Positions 55,843-64,000 of a stretch of DNA of 64,000 nucleotides are shown piece by piece. The position numbers were made by a program, and so were the translations under genes. The notes under the pieces were generated by a model. That model was not told the DNA's origin, ran no database searches, and saw nothing but the letters and a program-made list of their open reading frames with translations. Origin of the DNA: Chitinophaga sp. (GTDB lineage: Bacteria > Bacteroidota > Bacteroidia > Chitinophagales > Chitinophagaceae); assembly GCF_039596135.1 (NCBI RefSeq), contig NZ_JBCNKH010000001.1:330781-394780 (forward strand), written 5' to 3'. Positions within the stretch are counted from its first letter, which is position 1, and each line of letters starts with the position of its first letter.

Positions 55843-57134
55843 TCTTTATTCATATAAGAAGTCTGCCTGGTATCGCGCAGGAACACATATACTACCAGGG
55901 AAATGAACACACAGATCGTCACATACCAATAATACCAGGGTTCATGCCCAATTTTTTTACAATACAGTGCAATGTATTCCGCAGTGCCGCCAAAGATAGC
56001 GACCGTCAGTGCATAAGGTAAGCCTACACCTAATGCCCGTACCTGCGAAGGGAATAATTCTGCTTTCACCACTGCATTGATAGAAGTATATCCACTTACT
56101 ATCAGCAGGGCTGTCAATAATAAAAGGAATGCAGCCGTCTCCGAGCTGGCATGACTCACCGCAGTGAGGATAGGTACTGTAAATAAGGTACCTGCTACCC
56201 CAAATGTTATCAATAAAGGTTTCCTTCCTATTTTATCACTCAGCAGGCCACAGAGTGGTTGTATGCAGGCGTAAATAAGCATGAGCCAGAAGGTGAGTAC
56301 AGTTGACCTTTCTTTGGTAAGGTGTACTGTATTCACCAGGAACTTTTGCATATAAGTAGTGTAGGTATAAAATGCCAATGTACCACCCATTGTCAATCCC
56401 ACTACAGTCAGAATTGCTCTTGGATGTTCATTAAACAGTACTTTCAGTGAACCGCGTTTTACATCATCTTTCTTTACGGAGATGGTTTCCTCCATATGGC
56501 GGCGGATGATTAGTGCAAAAAGGGAGAGGAGTGCGCCGATTACAAATGGTATACGCCATCCCCAGGTATGCAGTTGATCGGGAGTAAGAAATACTTTTTG
56601 CAATACTAATTGTACTCCCAGTGCGATGAGTTGTCCACCGATGAGGGTTACATATTGAAAGCTGGAATAAAAGCCTCTTTTATCGGGGGTAGATATTTCA
56701 CTCAGGTAGGTAGCAGAAGTTCCATATTCCCCACCCACGCTCAGGCCTTGTAATAACCGTGCCAGCAATAATAATACAGGGGAAAACAAACCAGCAGTCT
56801 GATACGTAGGAGCGACGGCAATCATGAGGCTACCCAGTGACATGAGTAATACAGACAATGTCATAGCCGTTTTGCGGCCTGTACGATCAGCTATAGTTCC
56901 AAAGAGCCAACCACCTACCGGGCGCATGAGAAAACCAACGGCAAAGATGGCTGCAGTATCCAGTAGCTGAGCAGTAGGATTCCCTTTGGGAAAAAAGGAA
57001 GGAGCAAAGTAAATTGCAAATGCAGCATAGGCATACCAGTCGTACCATTCTACGAGGTTGCCAATGGAACCGGTGAAGATAGCCCTGATACGAAGCAGTG
57101 TAGTCATTGATCCCTTGTGCGAGTCGATATTCAT
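55821..57134 (-). CDS. MFS transporter, metabolite:H+ symporter family (ProP/KgtP-like)
   Basis: 437 aa and 12 TM helices. NLVEWYDWYAYA near the N terminus and the loop 2-3 motif GGWLFGTIADRTGRK. Confidence 0.85.
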   Translation of the reverse strand: MNIDSHKGSMTTLLRIRAIFTGSIGNLVEWYDWYAYAAFAIYFAPSFFPKGNPTAQLLDTAAIFAVGFLMRPVGGWLFGTIADRTGRKTAMTLSVLLMSLGSLMIAVAPTYQTAGLFSPVLLLLARLLQGLSVGGEYGTSATYLSEISTPDKRGFYSSFQYVTLIGGQLIALGVQLVLQKVFLTPDQLHTWGWRIPFVIGALLSLFALIIRRHMEETISVKKDDVKRGSLKVLFNEHPRAILTVVGLTMGGTLAFYTYTTYMQKFLVNTVHLTKERSTVLTFWLMLIYACIQPLCGLLSDKIGRKPLLITFGVAGTLFTVPILTAVSHASSETAAFLLLLTALLIVSGYTSINAVVKAELFPSQVRALGVGLPYALTVAIFGGTAEYIALYCKKIGHEPWYYWYVTICVFISLVVYVFLRDTRQTSYMNKEESQFRH

Positions 57135-57212
57135 AGTGTGGTGTAAGGTGGATCGTAAAAATAAGGCTTATATTGCTGTACACTAGCATTAAATTTCAAA
57201 AGAGTCATACAC

Positions 57213-57887
57213 ATGGATGCAATCACAAAAGCAAAGAAAGCCGCTGGCGAAAAGGCCGCTGCTTTGGTACAACCAGGTATGCTGGTAGGATTGGGTACAG
57301 GATCTACCGCTTACTGGGCGATCGAAAAGATCGGTCAAATGGTAAAGGAAGGATTGAATATTCAGGCAGTGGCAACCTCCCTTGCTTCGGAAAAACAGGC
57401 GCTGGCACTGGGTATACCGATTACTTCGTTTAGCGAAATCCAGCAGCTGGACCTGGATATTGACGGGGCGGATGAAATCAGCGAAGAGGGACAACTGATA
57501 AAGGGTGGCGGTGGTTCCCTGCTCAGGGAAAAGATTGTGGCACTGGCCAGTAGAAGACGTGTGATCGTGGGTGACGAAAGAAAATATGTAAAGACGCTTG
57601 GAAAATTTCCATTACCGATAGAAGTCGTACCTTTTGGCTGGGAGCTGGTGTTTAAAACACTGCAGGCCCTGCAGGGACATCCTACCCTTAGAACGAAAGA
57701 CGATCAGCCTTATATTACGGACAACAGCAATTACATTATCGATTGTTCATTTGGCATAATCCGCGAACCGGAACAGCTGCATCAACAATTAAAAGCGCTT
57801 ACCGGCGTTGTAGAGACAGGCCTGTTCCTGAATCTGAAACCCACTGTGATCATTGCCTATGAAAACGGAGATGTAAAAACCATCTGA
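57213..57887 (+). CDS. rpiA: ribose-5-phosphate isomerase A
   Basis: 224 aa. Motifs GLGTGSTA, DIDGADE and KGGGGSLLREK. Confidence 0.92.
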   Translation: MDAITKAKKAAGEKAAALVQPGMLVGLGTGSTAYWAIEKIGQMVKEGLNIQAVATSLASEKQALALGIPITSFSEIQQLDLDIDGADEISEEGQLIKGGGGSLLREKIVALASRRRVIVGDERKYVKTLGKFPLPIEVVPFGWELVFKTLQALQGHPTLRTKDDQPYITDNSNYIIDCSFGIIREPEQLHQQLKALTGVVETGLFLNLKPTVIIAYENGDVKTI

Positions 57888-57927
57888 GAAGATTGAGCGC
57901 CAGACCTTTTGAAAAACCTGCATCTTT

Positions 57928-58482
57928 ATGTTATACACAACAATTGTCGCTATCTGGCTGGCTTCGGAGATTTTTCTGAACCGTATTTTCCGTTCCGGTC
58001 CCCAGGAAAGACAGAAAGCAGACAGAAAATCGTTGCTTTGGATATGGGTGACGATTATGGCTACGCTGCCACTGGGATCTTTTGTAGCGGAGCATACAGC
58101 AGCCCCGATCACGAGCTATCGTTATATTTCTAAAGTCGGCATAGCGGTGATAGTATTAGGTATGTTGTTCCGGTTCTGGTCGATCTATACGTTGGGACAT
58201 TATTTTACGGTAGATGTAGCGATCCGGGATGATCACAGGATAATACAACATGGAGTGTATAAATATTTGCGGCATCCGGCGTACCTGGGATCGCTGGTAT
58301 CTTTTGTAGGGAATGGAATTGCGATGAATAATTACATTGCTTTTCTGATTACCGTATTACCTGTCACCGGTGCATTTTTGTATAGAATGTATGTAGAGGA
58401 ACAGGTGTTGATTAATAACTTCGGAGAGGAGTATCTACAGTATAAAAAGAAAACATGGCGACTGATACCGTTCGTGTTTTAA
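57928..58482 (+). CDS. isoprenylcysteine carboxyl methyltransferase (ICMT/PEMT-like) family membrane protein
   Basis: 184 aa multi-TM protein with motif HGVYKYLRHPAYLGSL. Confidence 0.75.
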   Translation: MLYTTIVAIWLASEIFLNRIFRSGPQERQKADRKSLLWIWVTIMATLPLGSFVAEHTAAPITSYRYISKVGIAVIVLGMLFRFWSIYTLGHYFTVDVAIRDDHRIIQHGVYKYLRHPAYLGSLVSFVGNGIAMNNYIAFLITVLPVTGAFLYRMYVEEQVLINNFGEEYLQYKKKTWRLIPFVF

Positions 58483-58496
58483 AAAATAAAAAGAAT

Positions 58497-59330
58497 ATGA
58501 GCTATACTACTTTCATTCAGCCGAAAGAGGCCCTTGAAAATTTACATGATCCTAACTTCCTGTTTGTTGATTGCAGCTATTCCCTGGCTGATAAAAAATG
58601 GGGTATAGAGGAATATAAGAAAGCACACATTCCGGGTGCGGTCTATGCTGACCTGCATTATGACCTGTCCGGCGAAATTATAGCTGGTAAAACCAGCCGG
58701 CATCCATTACCAAAGAAAGATGCTTTGGTAAAGACTTTTTCGAAACTGGGTATTGATGCAGATGTACAGGTAGTGGCATATGATGCGACTGCGGGTTTCA
58801 TGGCGGCTGCCAGATTGTGGTGGTTACTGCGCTGGGCAGGGCATGAGAAGGTAGCGGTATTGAATGGTGGTAAAGGAGTATGGGCAGCGCAGGGATATCC
58901 GTTGACGGCTGATATTATGCCTACGCAGCCAAAGCAGTTTGTAGCGCATTTTAATGATAATATGCTCGCTTCTGTGAATGAAGTAATGGCTTCTATTGAA
59001 GCTGGTAATACCTGCCTGGTTGATAGCAGAACTGCAGATAGATATGCGGGTCAGAATGAAACGATCGACCCGGTAGCAGGTCATATTCCAACCGCTATCT
59101 CTAAACCATTCAATGCGCAGATTGGTACAGAAGGTGTAGCAGCAGCTGCTGTATACAAGGAGCATTTCAAAGATGAATTTGCAAAAGGGAATGTGGTGTT
59201 TTATTGCGGCTCTGGTGTAACGGCAGCCTACAATGTATTGCTGTCGGTATATGCAGGGTATCCTATTCCCAAACTGTATGCGGGTTCATGGAGTGAATGG
59301 ATCACAGATCCTGCACGCCCTGTAGCATAA
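58497..59330 (+). CDS. sseA: 3-mercaptopyruvate sulfurtransferase (tandem rhodanese)
   Basis: 277 aa from ATG 58497. Two rhodanese domains. The active-site loop CGSGVTA is the MST-type signature (as opposed to CRKGVTA). Confidence 0.82.
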   Translation: MSYTTFIQPKEALENLHDPNFLFVDCSYSLADKKWGIEEYKKAHIPGAVYADLHYDLSGEIIAGKTSRHPLPKKDALVKTFSKLGIDADVQVVAYDATAGFMAAARLWWLLRWAGHEKVAVLNGGKGVWAAQGYPLTADIMPTQPKQFVAHFNDNMLASVNEVMASIEAGNTCLVDSRTADRYAGQNETIDPVAGHIPTAISKPFNAQIGTEGVAAAAVYKEHFKDEFAKGNVVFYCGSGVTAAYNVLLSVYAGYPIPKLYAGSWSEWITDPARPVA

Positions 59331-59346
59331 TCAAAACAACTGTAAT

Positions 59347-59709
59347 ATGGTCATTATTGCGAAGATCTTTGTAGGCCTGGTCGCACTTGAGCATCTGTAT
59401 ATTTTATGGATGGAAATGTTTGCGTGGGAAACTGCCGGGAAACGAACTTTTAAGCAGTTGCCTGCTGAGCTATTTAAACCAACCAAAGGGCTGGCAGCTA
59501 ACCAGGGATTATACAATGGATTTTTATCGGCAGGGTTAGTCTGGTCATTCTTTATCAGTGATCCTGAATGGCAGAAAAATGTAGCGGTGTTCTTTTTGAG
59601 TTGTGTGGTAATCGCTGGAGTCTTTGGGGCCCTGACGGCGACTAAGAAAATCTTCTTTGTGCAGGGGCTACCGGCATTGATTGGATTGGTACTAACTTTG
59701 TTAGCCTAA
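59347..59709 (+). CDS. DUF1304 family membrane protein
   Basis: 120 aa with 4 TM helices. N-terminus VGLVALEHLYILWMEMFAW is typical of DUF1304. Confidence 0.7.
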   Translation: MVIIAKIFVGLVALEHLYILWMEMFAWETAGKRTFKQLPAELFKPTKGLAANQGLYNGFLSAGLVWSFFISDPEWQKNVAVFFLSCVVIAGVFGALTATKKIFFVQGLPALIGLVLTLLA

Positions 59710-59730
59710 AGATGTATTTTTGGTGTCACT

Positions 59731-60432
59731 ATGAGAAATGTAAGCAAAGATTTCAATCCGACCATCAATCAGTCGTTCTACATAACCCGTAATCTGTTGA
59801 TCAGTAATCTGAAGAAACATTTTAACGTGCTTCATGGCCGTATGTTGGACTTTGGTTGCGGTAGCAAGCCTTATAAGACCCTTATTAACGTAGATGAATA
59901 TATAGGCGTAGATTTTCAGGGTGAGGGACATAGCCATGAGAATGAGCAGATAGATGTGTTTTATGACGGCCTTACATTGCCGCTGGAAGACAATTCGTTT
60001 GACAGTGTATTGTCGACCGAAGTGTTTGAGCACGTATTCAACCTTGAGGATATGATTTCTGAGTTGCACAGGGTAATGAAGCCGGGCGCCACAATACTGA
60101 TTACGATGCCGTTTCTGATTGCTGAACATGAGGCACCGAATGATTGCAGCCGTTATACTTCCTATGGATTAAAGAGCCTGCTGGAGCGTAAGGGGTTTGA
60201 AATTGCTTACTACGAAAAGCTGGGTACTTCTATTCAGACACAGGCCCAGATCAGGATGTCGTATATAGATAGTTCTATTTTGTCCAAGCTGAATTTCTTT
60301 ATGCCATTGAGGAAACTGGTGACTAATGTTACTTTTGCTCTGATGAATATATGGGTAATGGTGTTGAATGCGATTTTGCCGAAACGATATGATGCGTTTT
60401 TGAATCATATTGTGATCTGTAAGAAGAAATAA
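59731..60432 (+). CDS. class I SAM-dependent methyltransferase
   Basis: 233 aa. SAM motif I MLDFGCGSKPY and post-I/II elements (FDSVLSTEVFEHV, MKPGATILI). Confidence 0.8.
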   Translation: MRNVSKDFNPTINQSFYITRNLLISNLKKHFNVLHGRMLDFGCGSKPYKTLINVDEYIGVDFQGEGHSHENEQIDVFYDGLTLPLEDNSFDSVLSTEVFEHVFNLEDMISELHRVMKPGATILITMPFLIAEHEAPNDCSRYTSYGLKSLLERKGFEIAYYEKLGTSIQTQAQIRMSYIDSSILSKLNFFMPLRKLVTNVTFALMNIWVMVLNAILPKRYDAFLNHIVICKKK

Positions 60433-60446
60433 ACTACTGATATAAG

Positions 60447-60471
60447 GGCCATCTGCAAGATGGCCTTTTTT
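60447..60471 (+). terminator. intrinsic terminator after the SAM methyltransferase gene
   Basis: Stem GGCCATCT/AGATGGCC with loop GCA, then TTTTTTATTTTT. Confidence 0.8.
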
Positions 60472-60497
60472 ATTTTTGAAGGTTGGATATAGAGGTG

Positions 60498-60530
60498 TCG
60501 AACTAGCATCGAAGAAGCGTCGAAGAAGAC
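60498..60530. repeat. 3 x 11-bp tandem repeat of the same family (TCGAACTAGCA TCGAAGAAGCG TCGAAGAAGAC)
   Basis: Same orientation and a similar left flank (ATAGAGGTG vs ATAGAAGCG) as the 2230-2295 array. Lies between two terminators. Confidence 0.8.
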
Positions 60531-60544
60531 GTGGACCTATAATA

Positions 60545-60584
60545 GACATAAAAAAAGCGATTACTATAGTAATCGCTTTTTTTT
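60545..60584 (-). terminator. intrinsic terminator after tRNA-Phe
   Basis: Palindrome AGCGATTACTA/TAGTAATCGCT flanked by A-run and T-run. Confidence 0.8.
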
Positions 60585-60587
60585 CTG

Positions 60588-60660
60588 TGGTGAGGGCCGG
60601 AATCGAACCGGCGACACAAGGATTTTCAGTCCTTTGCTCTACCAACTGAGCTACCACACC
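60588..60660 (-). tRNA. tRNA-Phe (GAA)
   Basis: Minus-strand read: GGTGTGGTAGCTCAGTTGGTAGAGCAAAGGACTGAAAATCCTTGTGTCGCCGGTTCGATTCCGGCCCTCACCA. Cloverleaf with anticodon loop CTGAAAA (GAA) and T-loop GGTTCGATTCC. No encoded CCA. Confidence 0.93.
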
Positions 60661-60735
60661 ATCTCTTTTCTCACATCCTTCTCTCGAAGGGAGTGCAAAG
60701 ATAACAAAATATGATTTTAAAATCCAAATATTATT

Positions 60736-61509
60736 CTAAGAAATTGTTGCAGTTGCACGAATTTCCTCCAAAATTCCTGTCCACAGTGCATTTCGCTGCT
60801 CCAATGCTTCGCGGCATGCGATAGCAGCTTCTTCCCATTTGCGGCTATCATCGCCACAAAGCTCCTGTACCATCTCCATTCCGAGGTGACTGTGGTGATC
60901 GCCATCCACTTCAATATGACGCTCCAGGTAATACTTGAACAGGCTGATCTGTCCGGGGAACTGCTTGTCCAGATCGTTTACCAGTGCTACGAACATATCA
61001 GGGATCAGGTCTTCCCGCCCAAAGGTGAAGACAGCGGCCTGCACATGTATCGGGGCTTTTTCGATCAGGTCAAATGTATGCTGCACAAATGCTTTGGCAG
61101 CAGGAGGGAAGGTGTTGAATATATCGCTAAGGGCTATATCTTTTTGCAGGGACAGCAGGGCATTTTCCATTACGGATGTATCAGCGCCTACCTGTTTCAT
61201 GGCATCCAGGTACAGTTCAAAATGGCTCACCCGTTTGCCATCAGGATCTATATCACTCTCCTCGCCGGTAACGATCTCATTGATCAGAAAGCGGGTGGCA
61301 GCACTCCCTACGGGTACCCATGGCAGGTTGGTACAGGTGAGGTTGCGTTGCAATGATTTTAAGAGTGACATGAAATCCCATACGGCAAATACATGGTACT
61401 GCATGAAAGACCGGATGTCGTCCATGCGTTGCATTTCAGTGTATAATGAATGTTGAATAATCTGTTCCCTTACAGGAGCAATTGCTGCCCTGATAATATT
61501 ATGTCCCAT
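60736..61509 (-). CDS. DUF3050 family protein (heme-oxygenase-like fold)
   Basis: 257 aa from ATG 61509 (MGHNII). FMQYHVFAVWDFMSLLKSLQ is typical of DUF3050. Start lies 8 nt after the recQ stop. Confidence 0.68.
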   Translation of the reverse strand: MGHNIIRAAIAPVREQIIQHSLYTEMQRMDDIRSFMQYHVFAVWDFMSLLKSLQRNLTCTNLPWVPVGSAATRFLINEIVTGEESDIDPDGKRVSHFELYLDAMKQVGADTSVMENALLSLQKDIALSDIFNTFPPAAKAFVQHTFDLIEKAPIHVQAAVFTFGREDLIPDMFVALVNDLDKQFPGQISLFKYYLERHIEVDGDHHSHLGMEMVQELCGDDSRKWEEAAIACREALEQRNALWTGILEEIRATATIS

Positions 61510-61519
61510 AGTTGGTTTT

Positions 61520-63730
61520 TTAGTTCCCGTATACAACGAGGAACTTAATACGCATCAATTTCAATTGTTCAAGAGTGTAGTCGCTATCGATGAGTTCTTC
61601 GCGGGCCAGGGCCAGACTGGAAGTCTCACAGCCTTTGAAGTAGTCCATTATTTCGTCCTGGGCGTAGTCGTCCAGTTCCTCGTCGATGCAGTAGTCGAGA
61701 TTAAGTTTGGTACCGCTTGCCACGATAGTTTCCATTTCGTCCAGCAATTGGGGAATAGTGAGTTCCTTGTTGCGGGCGATGGTTTCCAGCGGCATTTTCT
61801 TATCGATATTCTGGATAATGAACACTTTCAGACCGCTCTTATTGACCACGCTTTTCATGACAAAATCGTCCGGTTTCACGATGTCATTTTCCTCTACATA
61901 TTTAGAGATAACATCTACGAACTGTTTGCCATAGCGAACGGCCTTTCCCTTGCTCACACCCTGTATTTTTTCCAGTTCCTGTACGGTAGTAGGGTACTGG
62001 GTAGCCATATCTTCGAGAGAGGTTTCGAGGAAGATGACGAATGGCGGTAGGTTCTTTTCTTTTGCTACCTTTTTACGGAGCTCTTTCAGCATTTCGAAGA
62101 GAACAGGATCGGCAGAAGCCTGGGCTTCTGCGGCTACTTCGTCTTCTTCATTGCCTTCTTCTTCAAATTGGTGGTTGAGTGAGACCATGATAGAGTAAGG
62201 AGTTTTGAGGAACTTTTTACCCTTATCAGTGATCTTTAGCAGGCCATATTCTTCGATGTCTTTAGCGATCAGGTCTTCCAGCATCATCTGACGGATGAGG
62301 GAATTCCAGAAATGTGCATCGAATTCTTTACCCTCGCCGAACACTTCCAGCTGGTTGTGCTGGTAGGTAGTGATCTGCGGGTTGATTTTGCCGGTGATGA
62401 TATTGACAACGTAGTCAGTGCCAAAGCGTTCTTCCAGGGACTGGATGGCTTTGAGTACAATGACTACGCGGTTTTTGACTTCTATTTTCTCTTTTGGATT
62501 GCGGCAGTTATCGCAGGCGCCGTTACACTGGTCTTCCTGGTATTTTTCACCGAAGTAGTGGAGGATTACTTTACGGCGGCAGGCAGAGCTTTCGGCGTAG
62601 GCAACGGTTTCGTTGATGAGCTGGGCGCCCATTTCCCTTTCGCTGAGTGGCTTGTCGCGCATCAGGTGTTCCAGCTTCTGCACGTCTTTGTAAGAGTAGA
62701 AGCAGACGCAGATACCTTCCAGTCCATCACGACCGGCGCGGCCTGTTTCCTGGTAGTAGTTCTCCAGGCTCTTAGGAATGTTGTAGTGTATAACGAAGCG
62801 AACATCTGGTTTATCGATACCCATACCGAAAGCGATAGTAGCCACGATAACCTCACACTCTTCGTGCAGGAACATATCCTGGCGCTGTGCGCGGGTGCTT
62901 GCATCAAGACCTGCATGGTAAGCGACGGCTTTAATATTATTGGCCGTCAGCATATCTGCCAGTTCTTCGGTGGTTTTACGATTCAGGGTATAGATGATAC
63001 CGCTTTTACCTTTATGCTGGTGAATGAATTTGACAATTTCGCGGATGGTTTGTTCCTTTTTCCTTTTGGGGCGGATCTCATAATAGAGGTTGGGCCTGTT
63101 GAAGGAGGAAAGGAATACCTGGGGATCGCGGAGGCCCAGGTTTTTGACAATATCGCTTTGTACTTTAGGAGTTGCGGTGGCGGTGAGGGCGATGATAGGC
63201 AGATCGGAGTTAATCATTTCTATCATTTCCTTGAGGCGGCGATATTCAGGGCGGAAATCGTGTCCCCACTCTGAGATACAGTGCGCTTCGTCCACTGCTA
63301 TGAAAGATATTTCCAGTTCCTTGAAGAACTCCAGGTTTTCGGCCTTGGTCAATGTTTCCGGGGCTACGTACAACATTTTAGTCTTTCCGGAAAGGAGATC
63401 AGTTCTTACTTTCTTGATTTGAGCTTTAGAAAGGGTAGAATTCAGAAAATGCGCTACATTATCCTTGCTACTGTAGGAGCGAACAAGATCTACCTGGTTT
63501 TTCATTAAAGCTATGAGCGGAGAGACGATCAGCGCACATCCTGGACTCATTAATGCCGGTAGCTGGTAGCAGAGAGATTTTCCACCGCCTGTTGGCATTA
63601 TTACAAAAGTATCTTTGCGGGCAAGAATGCTTTTAATGATAATTTCCTGATTCCCTTTGAAAGAATCGAATCCAAAATGTTCCCGCAATGCATCTATCAA
63701 ACTTACCTTTACAACAGCCATTGCATTCAA
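61520..63730 (-). CDS. recQ: ATP-dependent DNA helicase RecQ
   Basis: 736 aa. Motifs FKGNQEIII, MPTGGGKSLCYQLPA, DEAHCISEWGHDFRP, TIAFGMGIDKPDVRFV and QETGRAGRDG, a zinc-binding Cys cluster, and a C-terminal HRDC-like region. Confidence 0.95.
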   Translation of the reverse strand: MNAMAVVKVSLIDALREHFGFDSFKGNQEIIIKSILARKDTFVIMPTGGGKSLCYQLPALMSPGCALIVSPLIALMKNQVDLVRSYSSKDNVAHFLNSTLSKAQIKKVRTDLLSGKTKMLYVAPETLTKAENLEFFKELEISFIAVDEAHCISEWGHDFRPEYRRLKEMIEMINSDLPIIALTATATPKVQSDIVKNLGLRDPQVFLSSFNRPNLYYEIRPKRKKEQTIREIVKFIHQHKGKSGIIYTLNRKTTEELADMLTANNIKAVAYHAGLDASTRAQRQDMFLHEECEVIVATIAFGMGIDKPDVRFVIHYNIPKSLENYYQETGRAGRDGLEGICVCFYSYKDVQKLEHLMRDKPLSEREMGAQLINETVAYAESSACRRKVILHYFGEKYQEDQCNGACDNCRNPKEKIEVKNRVVIVLKAIQSLEERFGTDYVVNIITGKINPQITTYQHNQLEVFGEGKEFDAHFWNSLIRQMMLEDLIAKDIEEYGLLKITDKGKKFLKTPYSIMVSLNHQFEEEGNEEDEVAAEAQASADPVLFEMLKELRKKVAKEKNLPPFVIFLETSLEDMATQYPTTVQELEKIQGVSKGKAVRYGKQFVDVISKYVEENDIVKPDDFVMKSVVNKSGLKVFIIQNIDKKMPLETIARNKELTIPQLLDEMETIVASGTKLNLDYCIDEELDDYAQDEIMDYFKGCETSSLALAREELIDSDYTLEQLKLMRIKFLVVYGN

Positions 63731-64000
63731 AATTTAAAACAAATAAACTCTAAAGAAAGTAACAAATTATGGATATTGTTTATGTGTTTTTTAGGGGACA
63801 CGAAGTTAATTAAAAATGCATTGACACCCAATTAAATTTATCCGAAATGAGGTACAGTATTGCTTTAGCATGTGATTTTGTGGCAGGGTCAACAGGTAGG
63901 GGCTGCGGCAGGTGTAGGGGGAATGGGGTAGGGGAATGATTCAGCACAACTCATTATAAAATAGGTCCATGTATAGGACTTAATCTCCCTAATACTGGTT

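Noticed and set aside
60169-60657. 162-aa minus-strand ORF beginning MVAQLVEQRTENPCVAGSIPALT
   Set aside because: Its N-terminus is a translation of the tRNA-Phe gene, and the rest runs antisense through a terminator and the methyltransferase gene.
62312-63274. 320-aa plus-strand ORF inside recQ
   Set aside because: Shadow ORF opposite the RecQ helicase motifs.
63899-63960. GGGGCTG... start resembling the 5' end of tmRNA
   Set aside because: The downstream sequence lacks the tmRNA acceptor/T-arm partner and the tag reading frame. This is just a G-rich tract.

Overview
This 64-kb chromosomal segment looks like Bacteroidota, probably Chitinophagaceae or Sphingobacteriia-like. That placement is an inference from gene content (PafA-type phosphatase, GLPGLI/PNGase-F-related protein, DUF2480, TamB/Omp85 pair), TAnnTTTG-type promoter boxes and the lack of Shine-Dalgarno sequences. 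I support 46 protein-coding genes and one tRNA-Phe(GAA). I see no rRNA, CRISPR array, integrase or transposase. All family assignments come from motifs I recognise by eye; no searches were run.

Most of the window is housekeeping:
- cell envelope: mtgA, tamB/tamA-like pair, rlpA, a PpiD-like PPIase
- NAD metabolism: pnuC with an NR kinase, and nadA
- nitrogen and carbon metabolism: gltBD, mgsA, rpiA
- RNA modification and DNA repair: ybeY, mnmG, recQ
- lipid, ion and phosphorus: cls, corA, and phosphate/glycerophosphodiester scavenging genes

Four things deserve a second look:
1. A tightly packed five-gene minus-strand operon at 47.1-54.4 kb encodes a SWIM zinc-finger protein, a DUF5691-like helical protein, a MoxR-type AAA+ ATPase, a DUF5682-like 741-aa protein and a CoxE-type vWA protein. 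It resembles the uncharacterised E. coli yehLMPQ genes and has no known function.
2. Convergent with that operon, and sharing one bidirectional terminator, is a 1589-aa protein at 42.3-47.1 kb. It combines DUF4011, an Upf1-like SF1 helicase, a Vsr/DUF559-like endonuclease and DUF3320. This is a defence-type architecture.
3. Two long non-coding regions flank nadA (31.1-31.9 and 32.9-33.8 kb). They hold four perfect, co-oriented DnaA boxes plus many near-consensus boxes, so this is a candidate bipartite oriC. mnmG (gidA) lies 3 kb away.
4. The second of those regions also holds about ten alternating copies of a 16-19-bp motif (TTAATTCTCAGGGCCTTCA) and two homologous 107-bp inverted-repeat-bounded units.

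Smaller oddities:
- a nested palindromic 243-bp element between ybeY and mnmG
- a dispersed 11-bp tandem repeat at two distant loci
- a tandem duplication of an MFS gene 3' end
- stacked orphan terminators after mnmG
- a structured, terminator-ended region upstream of corA
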